Source: Virgibacillus siamensis
GTDB taxonomy: Bacteria; Bacillota; Bacilli; Bacillales; Amphibacillaceae
Assembly: GCF_900162695.1 (NCBI RefSeq)
Contig: NZ_FUIH01000007.1
Coordinates: 1-40,000 of the forward strand
Length of the DNA: 40,000 bases
Direction of reading: 5' to 3'
Shown: positions 23,632 through 33,800 of the stretch, one piece after another
How the letters are laid out: each line of letters begins with the position of its first letter
Position numbering within the stretch: position 1 is the first letter of the stretch
Notes under the pieces: model-generated
Told to the model about the DNA's origin: nothing
The model's input: only the letters and a program-made list of their open reading frames with translations
The model's database searches: none
Translations under genes and position numbers: made by a program

Positions 23632-25260
23632 ATGCCTGAAGAAGGTGATATATTGAAGCAGGTTACTTACGTTTATTGGATAGGTATGATTATCGCGGTT
23701 ATTTTTGTGATCTGGGGTGTTGTTTTTCCTGAAAACATCACTAGCGTTATGGAAAGTTCAAAGGCTTTTCTATTGGAAAAATTCGGTTGGTTTTATCTGC
23801 TGTCAGCCTTGGCTTTTTTGATATTTGCGATTTATTTGGTTTTCAGCAAGTATGGAAAGTTAAGATTAGGCCGTGATGATGATCGACCAGAATACAGTCG
23901 CGCGTCATGGGTTGCAATGTTATTTAGTGCTGGAATGGGGATTGGTCTGCTCTTTTATGGGGTGTCAGAACCAATTGCACACATGACCAAACCGCCCTTT
24001 GGAGAGGGAGGTACAACGGAATCAGCAAAGATTGCTCTTCAGTATACGTATTTAAATTGGGGGGTTCATGCCTGGGCCATTTATGCCGTTGTAGCATTGG
24101 CACTGGCCTACTTTAAATTCAGGAAAGATGCCCCTGGGTTAATGAGTGCTACATTGTATCCCATTCTTGGTGAAAAAACAAAAGGGCCCATTGGTATTAC
24201 CATTGACATCATTGCAGTATTTGCCACGGTGTTTGGGGTGGCTGCTTCGCTGGGACTCGGTGCAGCACAGATTAACGGGGGGCTAGCTTATTTAACAGGA
24301 ATTCCGAACAGGTTCTGGATACAGATTATTATCATACTGGTAACAACTGGATTGTTTATACTTTCAGCAAGTACAGGTATTAATAAGGGGATCAAATATT
24401 TAAGCAATGCGAATATGGGGCTTGCAGTAGTATTGTTTATTCTCTTCTTATTTCTTGGCCCATTACAATTTGTCATTAATCTATTGATGACAACAACCGG
24501 TGGATATTTGCAGAATTTGCCGTTTATGTCTTTTCGGATGGCTCCGTTTAATCAGGAGAATGCAGCATGGCTTCAAAACTGGACAATCTTTTTCTTTGCC
24601 TGGTGGATAGCCTGGGCTCCGTTTGTCGGTACTTTCATTGCCCGTATTTCAAAAGGACGGACAATCCGGGAATTTATAGTTGTCGTCATGATTGTGCCGA
24701 CAGCTGTCTGTATATTATGGTTCGGTGTTTTCGGAGGTACGAGCATTTATTTCGATTTGTTTCAGGGGACAAATATTGCAGGTCAAAGCTTGGAGACTGC
24801 CCTGTTCGCAACTTTCAATGAGATGCCATGGAGCGGTGTCTTATCCACCATTTCCTTATTTTTGATTGCCACATTTTTTATCACATCAGCTGATTCGGCC
24901 ACCTTCGTCTTAGGCATGCAGACAACAAATGGCAGTTTAAACCCGCCCAATTTTGTTAAAGTGAGCTGGGGATTATTTCTTGCGGCATCTGCATTGATCT
25001 TGATGGGAAGAGGCGGTTTGAGCGGACTGCAAACAGCAATTATTGTCAGTGCTTTACCGTTAACAGTGGTCCTGATATTGATGAGTTTTTCCATGCTGAA
25101 GGTTTTGGGAGAAGAAGAAGTTGAAGAAAAGAGACTTGAAAAGAAACTGGAGAAAATCCGGCAGAAAAAGAAAAGAAAACAAACAGAGAGGAATCTGCAG
25201 ACTGAATTTGGGGCAGATCAGGATATTAAGATAAAAAGTACCAGAAAGAAAAAAAAGTAA
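23632..25260 (+). CDS. BCCT family transporter (glycine betaine/choline/carnitine type)
   Basis: 542 aa, about 12 TM. Signature WTIFFFAWWIAWAPFVGTFIARISKGRTIREF is typical of BCCT (OpuD/BetP-like) carriers. Charged K/E tail. Confidence 0.9.
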   Translation: MPEEGDILKQVTYVYWIGMIIAVIFVIWGVVFPENITSVMESSKAFLLEKFGWFYLLSALAFLIFAIYLVFSKYGKLRLGRDDDRPEYSRASWVAMLFSAGMGIGLLFYGVSEPIAHMTKPPFGEGGTTESAKIALQYTYLNWGVHAWAIYAVVALALAYFKFRKDAPGLMSATLYPILGEKTKGPIGITIDIIAVFATVFGVAASLGLGAAQINGGLAYLTGIPNRFWIQIIIILVTTGLFILSASTGINKGIKYLSNANMGLAVVLFILFLFLGPLQFVINLLMTTTGGYLQNLPFMSFRMAPFNQENAAWLQNWTIFFFAWWIAWAPFVGTFIARISKGRTIREFIVVVMIVPTAVCILWFGVFGGTSIYFDLFQGTNIAGQSLETALFATFNEMPWSGVLSTISLFLIATFFITSADSATFVLGMQTTNGSLNPPNFVKVSWGLFLAASALILMGRGGLSGLQTAIIVSALPLTVVLILMSFSMLKVLGEEEVEEKRLEKKLEKIRQKKKRKQTERNLQTEFGADQDIKIKSTRKKKK

Positions 25261-25280
25261 CACGATGGCTAAATTACTCA

Positions 25281-25322
25281 AAAAGCTCATAAACCTTGAA
25301 ACGACAGGGGTTATGAGCTTTT
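25281..25322. terminator. bidirectional terminator between convergent genes
   Basis: aaaagctcataaacc / ggttatgagctttt, with A-run and T-run on either side. Confidence 0.75.
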
Positions 25323-25339
25323 ATCATCTTAAGGTATCT

Positions 25340-26020
25340 TTATAAAAACATCTTCTCCAAATCTAACGGCTCAATATACTCCCCGTCTTTATAAGCTCGC
25401 ATATTACCACCGGAAATCTCATCAATCAGAACAATTTGTTTATCTGCATCGGTGCGTCCGAATTCGAATTTGATGTCATATAATTCGATGTCTTTTTTGG
25501 CAAGTTCTTCTTTAACCACATTCCCGATTTTCTGGGTAAGTTCTTTTAGCACTTGGTATTCGTCTTTGGATAAAATGCCAAGCATGTCAAGAGCATCTTC
25601 ACTTATCGGAGGATCTTCGCGCGCATCGTCTTTCAAGGTAACTTCAACGAAAGCGTCCAGTTGCTGGCCTTCCTCAGCATAAAGACCATATCTGCGTAAA
25701 AAGCTTCCAACAGCCCGGTATCGGCATATGACTTCGAGGCCGTTGCCAAATACTTCTGCAGGTTTAACGGTCATCGTTCTCTGCTCGATATCAGCATCTA
25801 TATAATGCGTTGGGATGCCTTTTGCTTTTAATGTTTCAAAAAAATATTTGGTAAGTTTCAGGCCTGCTCGTCCAGCACCTTCCATGGACAGGCCTACTGT
25901 ATTTGCGCCGGGATCAAAAACACCGTCTGTACCTGTGACATCATCTTTAAATTGAAGCAGGTAGTTTCCGTCTTCCAGTTCATAGACATCTTTCGTTTTT
26001 CCAGTGTACTTAAGCTCCAT
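25340..26020 (-). CDS. purC: SAICAR synthetase family protein (PurC-like)
   Basis: 226 aa. YTGKTKDVY N-terminus, LIDEISGG and other SAICAR-synthase-like blocks. It is not in a pur operon context here. Confidence 0.75.
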   Translation of the reverse strand: MELKYTGKTKDVYELEDGNYLLQFKDDVTGTDGVFDPGANTVGLSMEGAGRAGLKLTKYFFETLKAKGIPTHYIDADIEQRTMTVKPAEVFGNGLEVICRYRAVGSFLRRYGLYAEEGQQLDAFVEVTLKDDAREDPPISEDALDMLGILSKDEYQVLKELTQKIGNVVKEELAKKDIELYDIKFEFGRTDADKQIVLIDEISGGNMRAYKDGEYIEPLDLEKMFL

Positions 26021-26184
26021 GTCAAATCTCCTTTTACATGTTATATCGGTCTATAATTATCATAATGATAATATAATAGAAGTACAAGTACATATACAAG
26101 TGGTAACTCTAGCGATCATGATCATCAGAGTGATAGAATGGATATGTAAGAAAATTATATAAGTTTGTCTGGAGGAAAATAAAA

Positions 26185-26988
26185 ATGGAAAGTAATGTAA
26201 CCTTGTTGAACTTTGATGGGGCATACACTAAACAATCTTTCTACCGGAATGGCCCTTATAACTGGATTGAACTTGAATCGATGCCAAATACCAATCTGTT
26301 TTGTGAAAAAGATAATTTAAGGCATATTGACGATAAACTGCTGCAACGAAGACCAAATAACCTTCATTTTATCGGCAGTGGAAACTATCATTACATTTCG
26401 TATGTGCTGCAGTCAAGGATAGAGAAGCCGTATACATTAATTTTATTTGACCATCATACTGACACACTTCCAAGTCCCAGTGAGGACCTGATCTCCTGTG
26501 GTTCCTGGGTACTGAATTCCCTTCAACAGCTTCCCATGCTTCAGAAAGTATTTATTATCGGTGCTGGCGAGGATGCGCCGGAACATATCCCCTCATCTTT
26601 TAAAACAAAAGCAGTTACGTACGAGAAAAATTTATTTCCATTAAACTTATCTCCCATAATAAAATCTATTTTAAACAATATACCGACGGATTCCGTTTAT
26701 GTCAGTATCGATAAGGATGTGTTGGACAAAAAAGATGCTGTAACAGGTTGGGATCACGGGACATTACGGTTGAAACAAATGATGAAAATGGTAAAGGCCA
26801 TTTTTCGCAACACTACTGTTATTGGAACCGATATTTGCGGGGAATATCCGGTTAATCCGGCGAATGAGCACCAAAAACAAACGAGAGACGTGATCGAAAC
26901 GAACAATCGCACAAATCGGTTTATCCTTGAATGTATCAAACGATGGGCAGGTTCTGACCGTAAAACTTCTGCATTATTGAATGCTTAA
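26185..26988 (+). CDS. arginase/agmatinase/formiminoglutamase (ureohydrolase) family protein
   Basis: 267 aa. Metal-ligand-type motifs LFDHHTDT and VYVSIDKDVLD. Confidence 0.65.
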   Translation: MESNVTLLNFDGAYTKQSFYRNGPYNWIELESMPNTNLFCEKDNLRHIDDKLLQRRPNNLHFIGSGNYHYISYVLQSRIEKPYTLILFDHHTDTLPSPSEDLISCGSWVLNSLQQLPMLQKVFIIGAGEDAPEHIPSSFKTKAVTYEKNLFPLNLSPIIKSILNNIPTDSVYVSIDKDVLDKKDAVTGWDHGTLRLKQMMKMVKAIFRNTTVIGTDICGEYPVNPANEHQKQTRDVIETNNRTNRFILECIKRWAGSDRKTSALLNA

Positions 26989-27048
26989 CGTCATTGGCAG
27001 GGACAGGTTCATTGGCGTCAATAACGAAACTGTCCTTCCGTTTAATTT

Positions 27049-27390
27049 CTAAGCATCATATCCCTTTAAAAATTCGATGTCTTCATTTGATAAAGGGTGA
27101 TTGTTAATCTTTAATCTTCCGCTGTTTGTTCTTTCCAGTACCACTTTTCCATCCAGGAATACTGATTCCGGCAATACATATGGGATATCATGCCCCACAA
27201 GTTTTCCTTCATGATTATAAAACAGATACCCTTCTTTTTTGTCGTATATGAAGGAGTTAATTTTCATATTTGGCGTAATCAAAAGCGTTATTCTTTCATG
27301 ATCGTTCCACATTACTTTTATAAGGATTTTTTTCTTGAGCTTCTTTTCAGCTAAATCTTTCAAAGCGCTTAATGAAGTCGTTTTTACCAT
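27049..27390 (-). CDS. hypothetical protein (113 aa)
   Basis: Clean ORF. No motif recognised. Confidence 0.5.
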   Translation of the reverse strand: MVKTTSLSALKDLAEKKLKKKILIKVMWNDHERITLLITPNMKINSFIYDKKEGYLFYNHEGKLVGHDIPYVLPESVFLDGKVVLERTNSGRLKINNHPLSNEDIEFLKGYDA

Positions 27391-27533
27391 TGTTTTACCT
27401 CCAAGCTGTTTGTAATATTATCTTATTATTTTTCAATCGCTGGTACAAGAATCGGTTCTCCCTATTTTCTGAACATATTGTGTTAAGATGTAAACATGAA
27501 AGACACGTCATTCATTTGAAAAGGAGAGTAAGC

Positions 27534-28763
27534 TTGAAACGCAGAGTTGTTGTAACAGGATCAGGTGTTATTTCACCATTGGGAAATGATGTGGAGACCC
27601 TTTGGAACAATATTAAAAAGGGGAAATCCGGCATTAAGCCGCTGGAATCGGAAGAATATCAGGACATCAGCACCAAAATTGCCGGCTATATCGATGATTT
27701 CAATCCGGAAAAGTTTCTCGAAGCAAAGGAAATAAAAAAATATGATTTATTTACGCAATACGGGCATGCTGCGGCAATGCAGGCACTGGAACAGTCAGAA
27801 CTTGATTTGGAATCAGTGGACAAGGATCGTGTCGGTGTTTACATCGGCTCCGGAACCGGGGGACTGCAAACACTGTTAAGTAATCATGAAACGATGCTGG
27901 AAAAAGGTACAAGACGGGTATCACCTTTCCTGATTCCAACGATGATTAATAATATGGCTGCCGGTCTGGTGGCGATTAAAACAGGCTTCCGCGGACCAAG
28001 TTTTGCGACTGTATCTGCTTGTGCAACGAGTAATCATGCTATTGGTGAAGCTTATTTAAATATTGCCCATGGATACACTGATGCAATTCTGGCCGGCGGT
28101 GCAGAGGCAACCATTACACCACTTTACTTTGCAGGCTTTTCCAAAATGCGTGCCATGTCAACTAAGAATGACATACCTGAAGCAGCATCACGTCCGTTTG
28201 ACCGGCATCGGGATGGGTTTGTTATGTCAGAGGGTGCTGGTGTTTTATTTTTGGAAGAATATGATCATGCAAAAAAGCGTGATGCTCCTATTCTCGGGGA
28301 AATAATTGGCTATGGGAGTACAACGGATGCGTATCATATAACCGAACCGGACTACCGGGGTGCTGCAAAAGCAATGAAATTGGCCATTGAACGTGGAGAC
28401 ATTAAACCGGAAGACGTTGATTATATTAATGCCCATGGGACAAGTACGCCGGCTGGTGATGTTTCCGAGACAAAAGCGATTAAAGAAGTTTTCGGTGCAC
28501 ATGCATATCGCCTTAAAACAAGTTCAACCAAATCGATGCTCGGACATATGTTTGGTGCGGCGGGTGGTGCTGAAGCCGTTATTACGCTAAAAAGTATGGC
28601 GGAAAATATGTTTCCGCCGACAATGAATCTGGAGGAACCGGATTCGGAATGTGACTTGGATTATGTTGCGAATAAAGCAGTTGAAGGCAACATTAACATT
28701 GCCCTATCCAATGGATTTGGATTCGGCGGTCATAATGCAGTAATTGCTTTTAAAAAAATATAA
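27534..28763 (+). CDS. fabF: beta-ketoacyl-ACP synthase II (FabF-type)
   Basis: TTG 27534 follows RBS aaaggagag. The track ORF from 27372 is over-extended. KRRVVVTGSGVISPLGN, active-site ACATS, and HGTSTP / GHNAV blocks. Confidence 0.9.
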   Translation: MKRRVVVTGSGVISPLGNDVETLWNNIKKGKSGIKPLESEEYQDISTKIAGYIDDFNPEKFLEAKEIKKYDLFTQYGHAAAMQALEQSELDLESVDKDRVGVYIGSGTGGLQTLLSNHETMLEKGTRRVSPFLIPTMINNMAAGLVAIKTGFRGPSFATVSACATSNHAIGEAYLNIAHGYTDAILAGGAEATITPLYFAGFSKMRAMSTKNDIPEAASRPFDRHRDGFVMSEGAGVLFLEEYDHAKKRDAPILGEIIGYGSTTDAYHITEPDYRGAAKAMKLAIERGDIKPEDVDYINAHGTSTPAGDVSETKAIKEVFGAHAYRLKTSSTKSMLGHMFGAAGGAEAVITLKSMAENMFPPTMNLEEPDSECDLDYVANKAVEGNINIALSNGFGFGGHNAVIAFKKI

Positions 28764-28795
28764 CATCATGAAACTTATACAGAGGAGGAACATGA

Positions 28796-30529
28796 ATGTC
28801 TGCAAATCAAACTACACGCAGTCAAAGTGTATCAGAAAGACGACAGGCGCTGGAAGACCGCTTTCCGGCATGGCCGCGCGATACGGTTGCCGGACACTTC
28901 GAAAAAGCATGTTCGCAATACAAGGACAGGCCATACCTTTACATCAATGATAAACAATTAACATATGGGGAAGTTTGGGAAAGAGCAGTTCAATATGCAA
29001 AAGCATTTATAAAGCTTGGGGTGAAACGAAGGGACCATATTGCCGTTTTAATGGATAATGATTCTGCTTACCCGTCATTGATGATTGCTTCATCCATCGT
29101 CGGGGCTGTTTTTATCTCGATTAATGCGATGCTTGCGAAAGATGAACTTGCCTATATCATTTCGCAGTCAGATACTAAGTTTTTGCTTTTGCATCAAACG
29201 GTAAAAGATAAGCATCATGGACAAGCAGTTGCGGAATTACTGGATAAGGAAGATTTTCAGGAAAACAGTCAATTGGGGCAAATTATTTGTATTCCAAATG
29301 AAGCAAAAGCGTTGATAGATGATCGTTTTCTGAGGTGGGAAGCGTTTCTCAAAGGGGCGGAATCTGTTTCCGACAAGGAACTGGAGCAAAGGTGGGCAGA
29401 ATCCCGCTATCCGGATGAAGCAGCCATTATTATGTATACATCCGGGTCAACGGGAAGCCCAAAAGGTGTGATGCTTACCGATGATATGCTCCTGCGCTGC
29501 GGCTACAGCACTTGCATGAGCAGGGCGATTGAGGATGGACGTGTGACGTTTGTACCGCTTCCGTTTTATCATTGCTTTGCAATCATTGAAGCGATTTTCG
29601 CGATGTCCTTTGTCGGGGGCTCATTCATATCGGCACTTGGGGCATCTCCGCTTCGGTCACTGCAATTAATGGAAAAATATAAAGCGAACGATTATCTTTG
29701 TGTTCCGTCTACACTCGTTTCATTATTGAATCATCCGCGCGTAGCTGAATTTGATTTATCCCATCTTTTTGCCATGTGGTGCGGGGCAGCGCCGGCTCCA
29801 ATCCCGGTATGGGAACAAGCAATAGAAGTGCTGGGTCTGACAGAGACGATTACCGGTTATGGGCAAACAGAGGTGGCATCATCAGGCGTTACAACGGAAA
29901 TTGGTGATTCGCTGGAACGTATTTCGACCAGGGTTGGGCGTCCGAAACTTGGCGGTGCAGCTGGACTGCCGGAATTTAGCGGCAGTCCAGTTCAATACAA
30001 AACAATCGATCGGGATACAAGGGCAAATTTACCGGAAGGGGCTGTTGGTGAGCTTGCTGTACGGGGAGCCACAGTGTCACACGGTTATTACAATAAACCG
30101 GATGAAACAGCTAAGGCCATCGATAAAGATGGCTGGCTGCGAACAGGAGATGTTGGTCGGATTGATGAGAATGGCTATATTCAGCTTCTTGGCAGAAGTA
30201 AAGAAATGTATAAGGTGTCCGGAGAATTGGTATCGCCCCGTGAGGTAGAAATTGTCATCTCCCAGCATCCGTCAGTGAATCAGGTGAATATCATCGGTGT
30301 ACCGGATAGACTGACAACCGAAACAGGTGCTGCATTTATCGAGCTGAAGCAGGATGAAGCATGCACACGAAGAGATATTATTGACTGGTGTTCATCCCGG
30401 CTTGCCCGTTTTAAAGTTCCCCGTCATGTTTGGTTTATCGATCCATCTGAGTGGCCGATGACGAGCACCGGTAAAGTGCAGAAATTCCGTTTGAAAGAAA
30501 GCGCAGCGAAAAAGCTTTCAGGAAACTAA
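28796..30529 (+). CDS. AMP-dependent acyl-CoA synthetase/ligase
   Basis: 577 aa. AMP-binding signature MYTSGSTGSPKGV, plus TGYGQTE, GWLRTGD and the C-terminal SxGKxxK-type motif TSTGKVQKF. Confidence 0.9.
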   Translation: MSANQTTRSQSVSERRQALEDRFPAWPRDTVAGHFEKACSQYKDRPYLYINDKQLTYGEVWERAVQYAKAFIKLGVKRRDHIAVLMDNDSAYPSLMIASSIVGAVFISINAMLAKDELAYIISQSDTKFLLLHQTVKDKHHGQAVAELLDKEDFQENSQLGQIICIPNEAKALIDDRFLRWEAFLKGAESVSDKELEQRWAESRYPDEAAIIMYTSGSTGSPKGVMLTDDMLLRCGYSTCMSRAIEDGRVTFVPLPFYHCFAIIEAIFAMSFVGGSFISALGASPLRSLQLMEKYKANDYLCVPSTLVSLLNHPRVAEFDLSHLFAMWCGAAPAPIPVWEQAIEVLGLTETITGYGQTEVASSGVTTEIGDSLERISTRVGRPKLGGAAGLPEFSGSPVQYKTIDRDTRANLPEGAVGELAVRGATVSHGYYNKPDETAKAIDKDGWLRTGDVGRIDENGYIQLLGRSKEMYKVSGELVSPREVEIVISQHPSVNQVNIIGVPDRLTTETGAAFIELKQDEACTRRDIIDWCSSRLARFKVPRHVWFIDPSEWPMTSTGKVQKFRLKESAAKKLSGN

Positions 30530-30554
30530 TTGTTGAAGTAAGGAGGAATATCAG

Positions 30555-31025
30555 ATGACATCCACTTGGCATCAGACAAATTTTCGTGTTCCGTATAAAG
30601 ATACAGACCGGATGGGAGTTGTACACCATGGTAATTATATAACCTGGTTTGAAAATGCCCGTACGGAGTGTATGCGCCATTACGGTATCACATACAGTGA
30701 AATGGAACGGACAGGATTTTTACTTCCGGTACTGGATGTAAATGTTACGTATAAAAAATCAGCACAGTATGATGACTGTATCGCTGTTTTCACGAAAGCG
30801 GCGAGTTTTTCACCAGTTCGACTGGAGTTTGCGTATGAGGCAAGAAAAATAACGGATGAGGAATTTATGAACAACAACGGCGGGAGAGCAGAAGCGGCAG
30901 AACCTTTTGGAAAATTGCTGGCAAAAGGAACCACAATGCACATGTGGGTGAATTCGGAATGGAAACCAGCCCGAATCGATAAAGGCGCCCCTGAAGTGTA
31001 TGCGATTCTGCAAAACTTAAAATAA
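30555..31025 (+). CDS. acyl-CoA thioesterase, 4HBT/YbgC hotdog family
   Basis: 156 aa. FRVPYKDTDRMGVVHHGNYITWFENAR is the characteristic YbgC/4HBT N-terminal motif. Confidence 0.8.
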   Translation: MTSTWHQTNFRVPYKDTDRMGVVHHGNYITWFENARTECMRHYGITYSEMERTGFLLPVLDVNVTYKKSAQYDDCIAVFTKAASFSPVRLEFAYEARKITDEEFMNNNGGRAEAAEPFGKLLAKGTTMHMWVNSEWKPARIDKGAPEVYAILQNLK

Positions 31026-31066
31026 TAATTCAAAATTTATGACGCCAAACGAAAGAGGGATTGTAA

Positions 31067-32188
31067 ATGACAATGACACAAACAGTTCCATTCCGAAATG
31101 ATATCGTAGGGTCTTTTCTGCGGCCAAACAGGATTAAAGATGCACGTGAAGCCGTAAAAGAAAGTAAACTGACACCTGAAGAATTACGCACCATTGAAAA
31201 TCAGGAAATTGAAAAACTGGTGGAAAAACAAGCTGCTGCAGGTCTTCAATCGGTTACAGATGGTGAATTTCGCCGCAGCTGGTGGCATCTGGACTTTATG
31301 TGGGGACTTGACGGAGTCGAAAAAAGAGCTACTGAAAGCGGTTTGAAATTCAATGGAATCGAGACCCGAAATGAAACAGCAAGCATAACCGGTAAAATTG
31401 ATTTCTCGGCACACCCATTTTTAAAGGATTTTCAATTTTTGCAGTCGATTGTTCCTGAAGGCATCATGGCAAGACAAGCCTTTCCGTCGGCAGTTCAATT
31501 TTTATACGAAATTACTAAACCGCATAACATCGAAAATACTAAAAAACATTATCCCAATAAAGAAGAATTATACGATGATGTTGTGCAGGCGTATAAAAAA
31601 GCATTTCAGGCATTTTATGATGCAGGCTGCCGGAATATCCAAATGGACGAGGTTGTCTGGGCAGTTTTATGTGACAAGGATTACCGGGAAAACGCAGCTG
31701 ATGAGGGCATTGATCTGGAGAAACGTGCCAAAGAATATGTGGCATTGAATAACCGTATACTTGCCGATAAGCCGGATGATTTAACTGTCACTACCCATGT
31801 GTGCCGCGGCAATTACCGGTCAACATGGCATTATTCGGGCGGGTATGACCCGGTTTCAGAAGAGTTGTTCGGAAATGAAAATGTGGATGCTTATTACCTG
31901 GAATTTGATTCCGACAGGGCAGGCGGATTTGAACCACTTCAATACGTTTCAGGTGACAAAAAGGTAGTCCTTGGTCTGGTAACATCGAAAAGACCTGAAC
32001 TGGAAAAAGAGGAAAATGTGATTGCCCGGATTCATGAAGCATCGCAATATGTACCATTGAACCGTCTATGTTTGAGTCCGCAATGCGGATTTTCATCAAC
32101 AGAAGAAGGAAATGAATTAACGGATGAAGATCAGTGGAAAAAACTCCACTTAATTAAATCAATCTCTGAAAAAGTGTGGGGCAAGTAA
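31067..32188 (+). CDS. cobalamin-independent methionine synthase family protein (MetE C-terminal-domain-like, YxjG/YxjH type)
   Basis: 373 aa. FRNDIVGSFLRP start, DGEFRRSWWHLDF, HVCRGN and LSPQCGF (Zn-ligand type) motifs. Confidence 0.8.
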   Translation: MTMTQTVPFRNDIVGSFLRPNRIKDAREAVKESKLTPEELRTIENQEIEKLVEKQAAAGLQSVTDGEFRRSWWHLDFMWGLDGVEKRATESGLKFNGIETRNETASITGKIDFSAHPFLKDFQFLQSIVPEGIMARQAFPSAVQFLYEITKPHNIENTKKHYPNKEELYDDVVQAYKKAFQAFYDAGCRNIQMDEVVWAVLCDKDYRENAADEGIDLEKRAKEYVALNNRILADKPDDLTVTTHVCRGNYRSTWHYSGGYDPVSEELFGNENVDAYYLEFDSDRAGGFEPLQYVSGDKKVVLGLVTSKRPELEKEENVIARIHEASQYVPLNRLCLSPQCGFSSTEEGNELTDEDQWKKLHLIKSISEKVWGK

Positions 32189-32266
32189 GATACGTTATCC
32201 CTCATAATATCTTCTTTAGCTGGTTAATCTAGTTTTAACCGGACAAGGAAGGCAGGGATTCGAGTC

Positions 32267-33328
32267 ATGAATAAAGTGTTTACGGTGCTGTGTATAATTG
32301 GTGTACCAGTATCTGTTGCTGGAGCTATCCTTCATTGGTCAGCTGTACTTATGTTTATCGTGTATTGTTTAACAATCATAGCTTTAGCGAGCATTATCGG
32401 TCGGGCGACAGAGAGCCTTGCGATTGCAATGGGGCCCAGAATCGGAGGGCTGTTAAATGCGACGTTCGGAAATGCAGTGGAACTGATTATTTCTATTTTC
32501 GCTTTGAAAGCTGGTTTGATCAGTATCGTTCTGGCGTCGCTGACAGGTTCTGTCCTTGGGAATTTATTGTTGGTTGCCGGACTTTCTTTTTTTGTTGGCG
32601 GCCTGAAATATAAACGTCAGTCGTTTGATGATCAGGAGGCGCGGCATAATGCGGGACTCCTGATTTTTGCCGTCATTGTAGCGTTTGTTATTCCGGAAGT
32701 GTTCACACATGAGATGAATGACCGGGATACGATGATTATCAGTATCGGAATTTCTGTTATATTAATCCTGTTATATCTGGCAGCACTTCTGTTTAAATTT
32801 GTAACCCATCGTGGTGTGTATCAAGATAAGGCTAAACCGGATGAAAACAGTCAGGAAGAAGAGGAGCCGGAATGGGGCAACATAAAGGCGATTGTGATCC
32901 TGGCCGTCGCGACAATTGCTGTTGCGTACATTTCAGAGCATTTGGTGGACACATTTGATGTAGTCGGCAAGACATTTGGATGGTCTGAATTGTTTATTGG
33001 GGTAATTATTGTTGCTATCGTCGGTAATGCGGCAGAACATGCTTCGGCCGTTATGATGGCCTATAAAAATAAAATGGATGTTGCGGTGCAAATTGCTGTC
33101 GGATCAACACTCCAGGTGGCAATGTTTGTTTTGCCTATTCTCGTTCTTCTGTCCCTGATTTTTACGACATCAATGCCGCTCATTTTCACTTGGCCGGAAT
33201 TAATCAGCATGGTAACGGCGGTATTGCTAATGATTATGCTGTCAAACGATGGCGATTCAAACTGGTTTGACGGTGCTGTATTGTTGGCCGCTTACTTTAT
33301 AATGGGGATTGGCTTTTATTTTATTTGA
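32267..33328 (+). CDS. Ca2+/H+ antiporter (CAX family)
   Basis: 353 aa, about 11 TM. Paired signature repeats GNAVELIISI and GNAAEHASAV, with an acidic central loop. Confidence 0.88.
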   Translation: MNKVFTVLCIIGVPVSVAGAILHWSAVLMFIVYCLTIIALASIIGRATESLAIAMGPRIGGLLNATFGNAVELIISIFALKAGLISIVLASLTGSVLGNLLLVAGLSFFVGGLKYKRQSFDDQEARHNAGLLIFAVIVAFVIPEVFTHEMNDRDTMIISIGISVILILLYLAALLFKFVTHRGVYQDKAKPDENSQEEEEPEWGNIKAIVILAVATIAVAYISEHLVDTFDVVGKTFGWSELFIGVIIVAIVGNAAEHASAVMMAYKNKMDVAVQIAVGSTLQVAMFVLPILVLLSLIFTTSMPLIFTWPELISMVTAVLLMIMLSNDGDSNWFDGAVLLAAYFIMGIGFYFI

Positions 33329-33375
33329 AAACCCTTTGCTGCTTGTAGTGCTATTAAAACAAGGGAGGTGCTGGT

Positions 33376-33648
33376 TTGGTAAATGAAATCATCTTAAATG
33401 ACACGCCCATTCAGGTGGACAGCTACGAAGAAAATCCCGATGGCTTTTGTGTAGAATTCAAAGTTACGAGTGAAGGCTACCATGATATTACCACGCTTTT
33501 ATACAAAGGTATGTTTGATATAGAAGTTCCTGAAAAAGGCTTGGCATTTAGAGGAAACATCCGTGAGTATTCCACTTCGATTACAAACTTGTATGAAAGT
33601 GGACAGGTAGGGGAATTCCGATTGTGTTTACGGGAAGTGAAAGAATAG
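33376..33648 (+). CDS. hypothetical protein (90 aa)
   Basis: ORF with TTG start after RBS aagggagg. No confident family assignment. Confidence 0.5.
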   Translation: MVNEIILNDTPIQVDSYEENPDGFCVEFKVTSEGYHDITTLLYKGMFDIEVPEKGLAFRGNIREYSTSITNLYESGQVGEFRLCLREVKE

Positions 33649-33689
33649 GCTGGGACATTTCAGAAAAGGGTAATTCAAAAGACGAACAA

Positions 33690-33800
33690 TTAAAGGATTA
33701 GCGTAGGAAATATGCGGAGACTCCTGCGGGAGGAAAAGCCTAGGTGAGACCCCGCAGTGCGTAAGCACGAGGAGGCTCAGCAGCTTCCCGAGGAAAGCGA
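33690..33800. repeat. GC-rich repeat element of the kind scattered in Bacillaceae genomes
   Basis: gcggagactcctgcgggaggaaaagcctaggtgagaccccgcagtgcgtaagcacgaggaggctcagcagcttcccgaggaaagcgaag. It has an internal hairpin ctgcggg/cccgcag. I recognise the type (it gives spurious ...ETPQ...RRL...PRKA... peptides) but cannot name it. Confidence 0.5.

Noticed and set aside
17286-25290. Numerous 60-110-aa ORFs nested in or antisense to the methionine, ABC, BCCT and other host genes
   Set aside because: Each overlaps a longer ORF with clear family motifs. They have no independent RBS or conservation signal that I can see.
27372-27533. N-terminal extension of FabF from ATG 27372
   Set aside because: The extension overlaps the divergent gene end and promoter region and is not FabF-like. 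The conserved N-terminus KRRVVVTG starts at TTG 27534, which has a good RBS.
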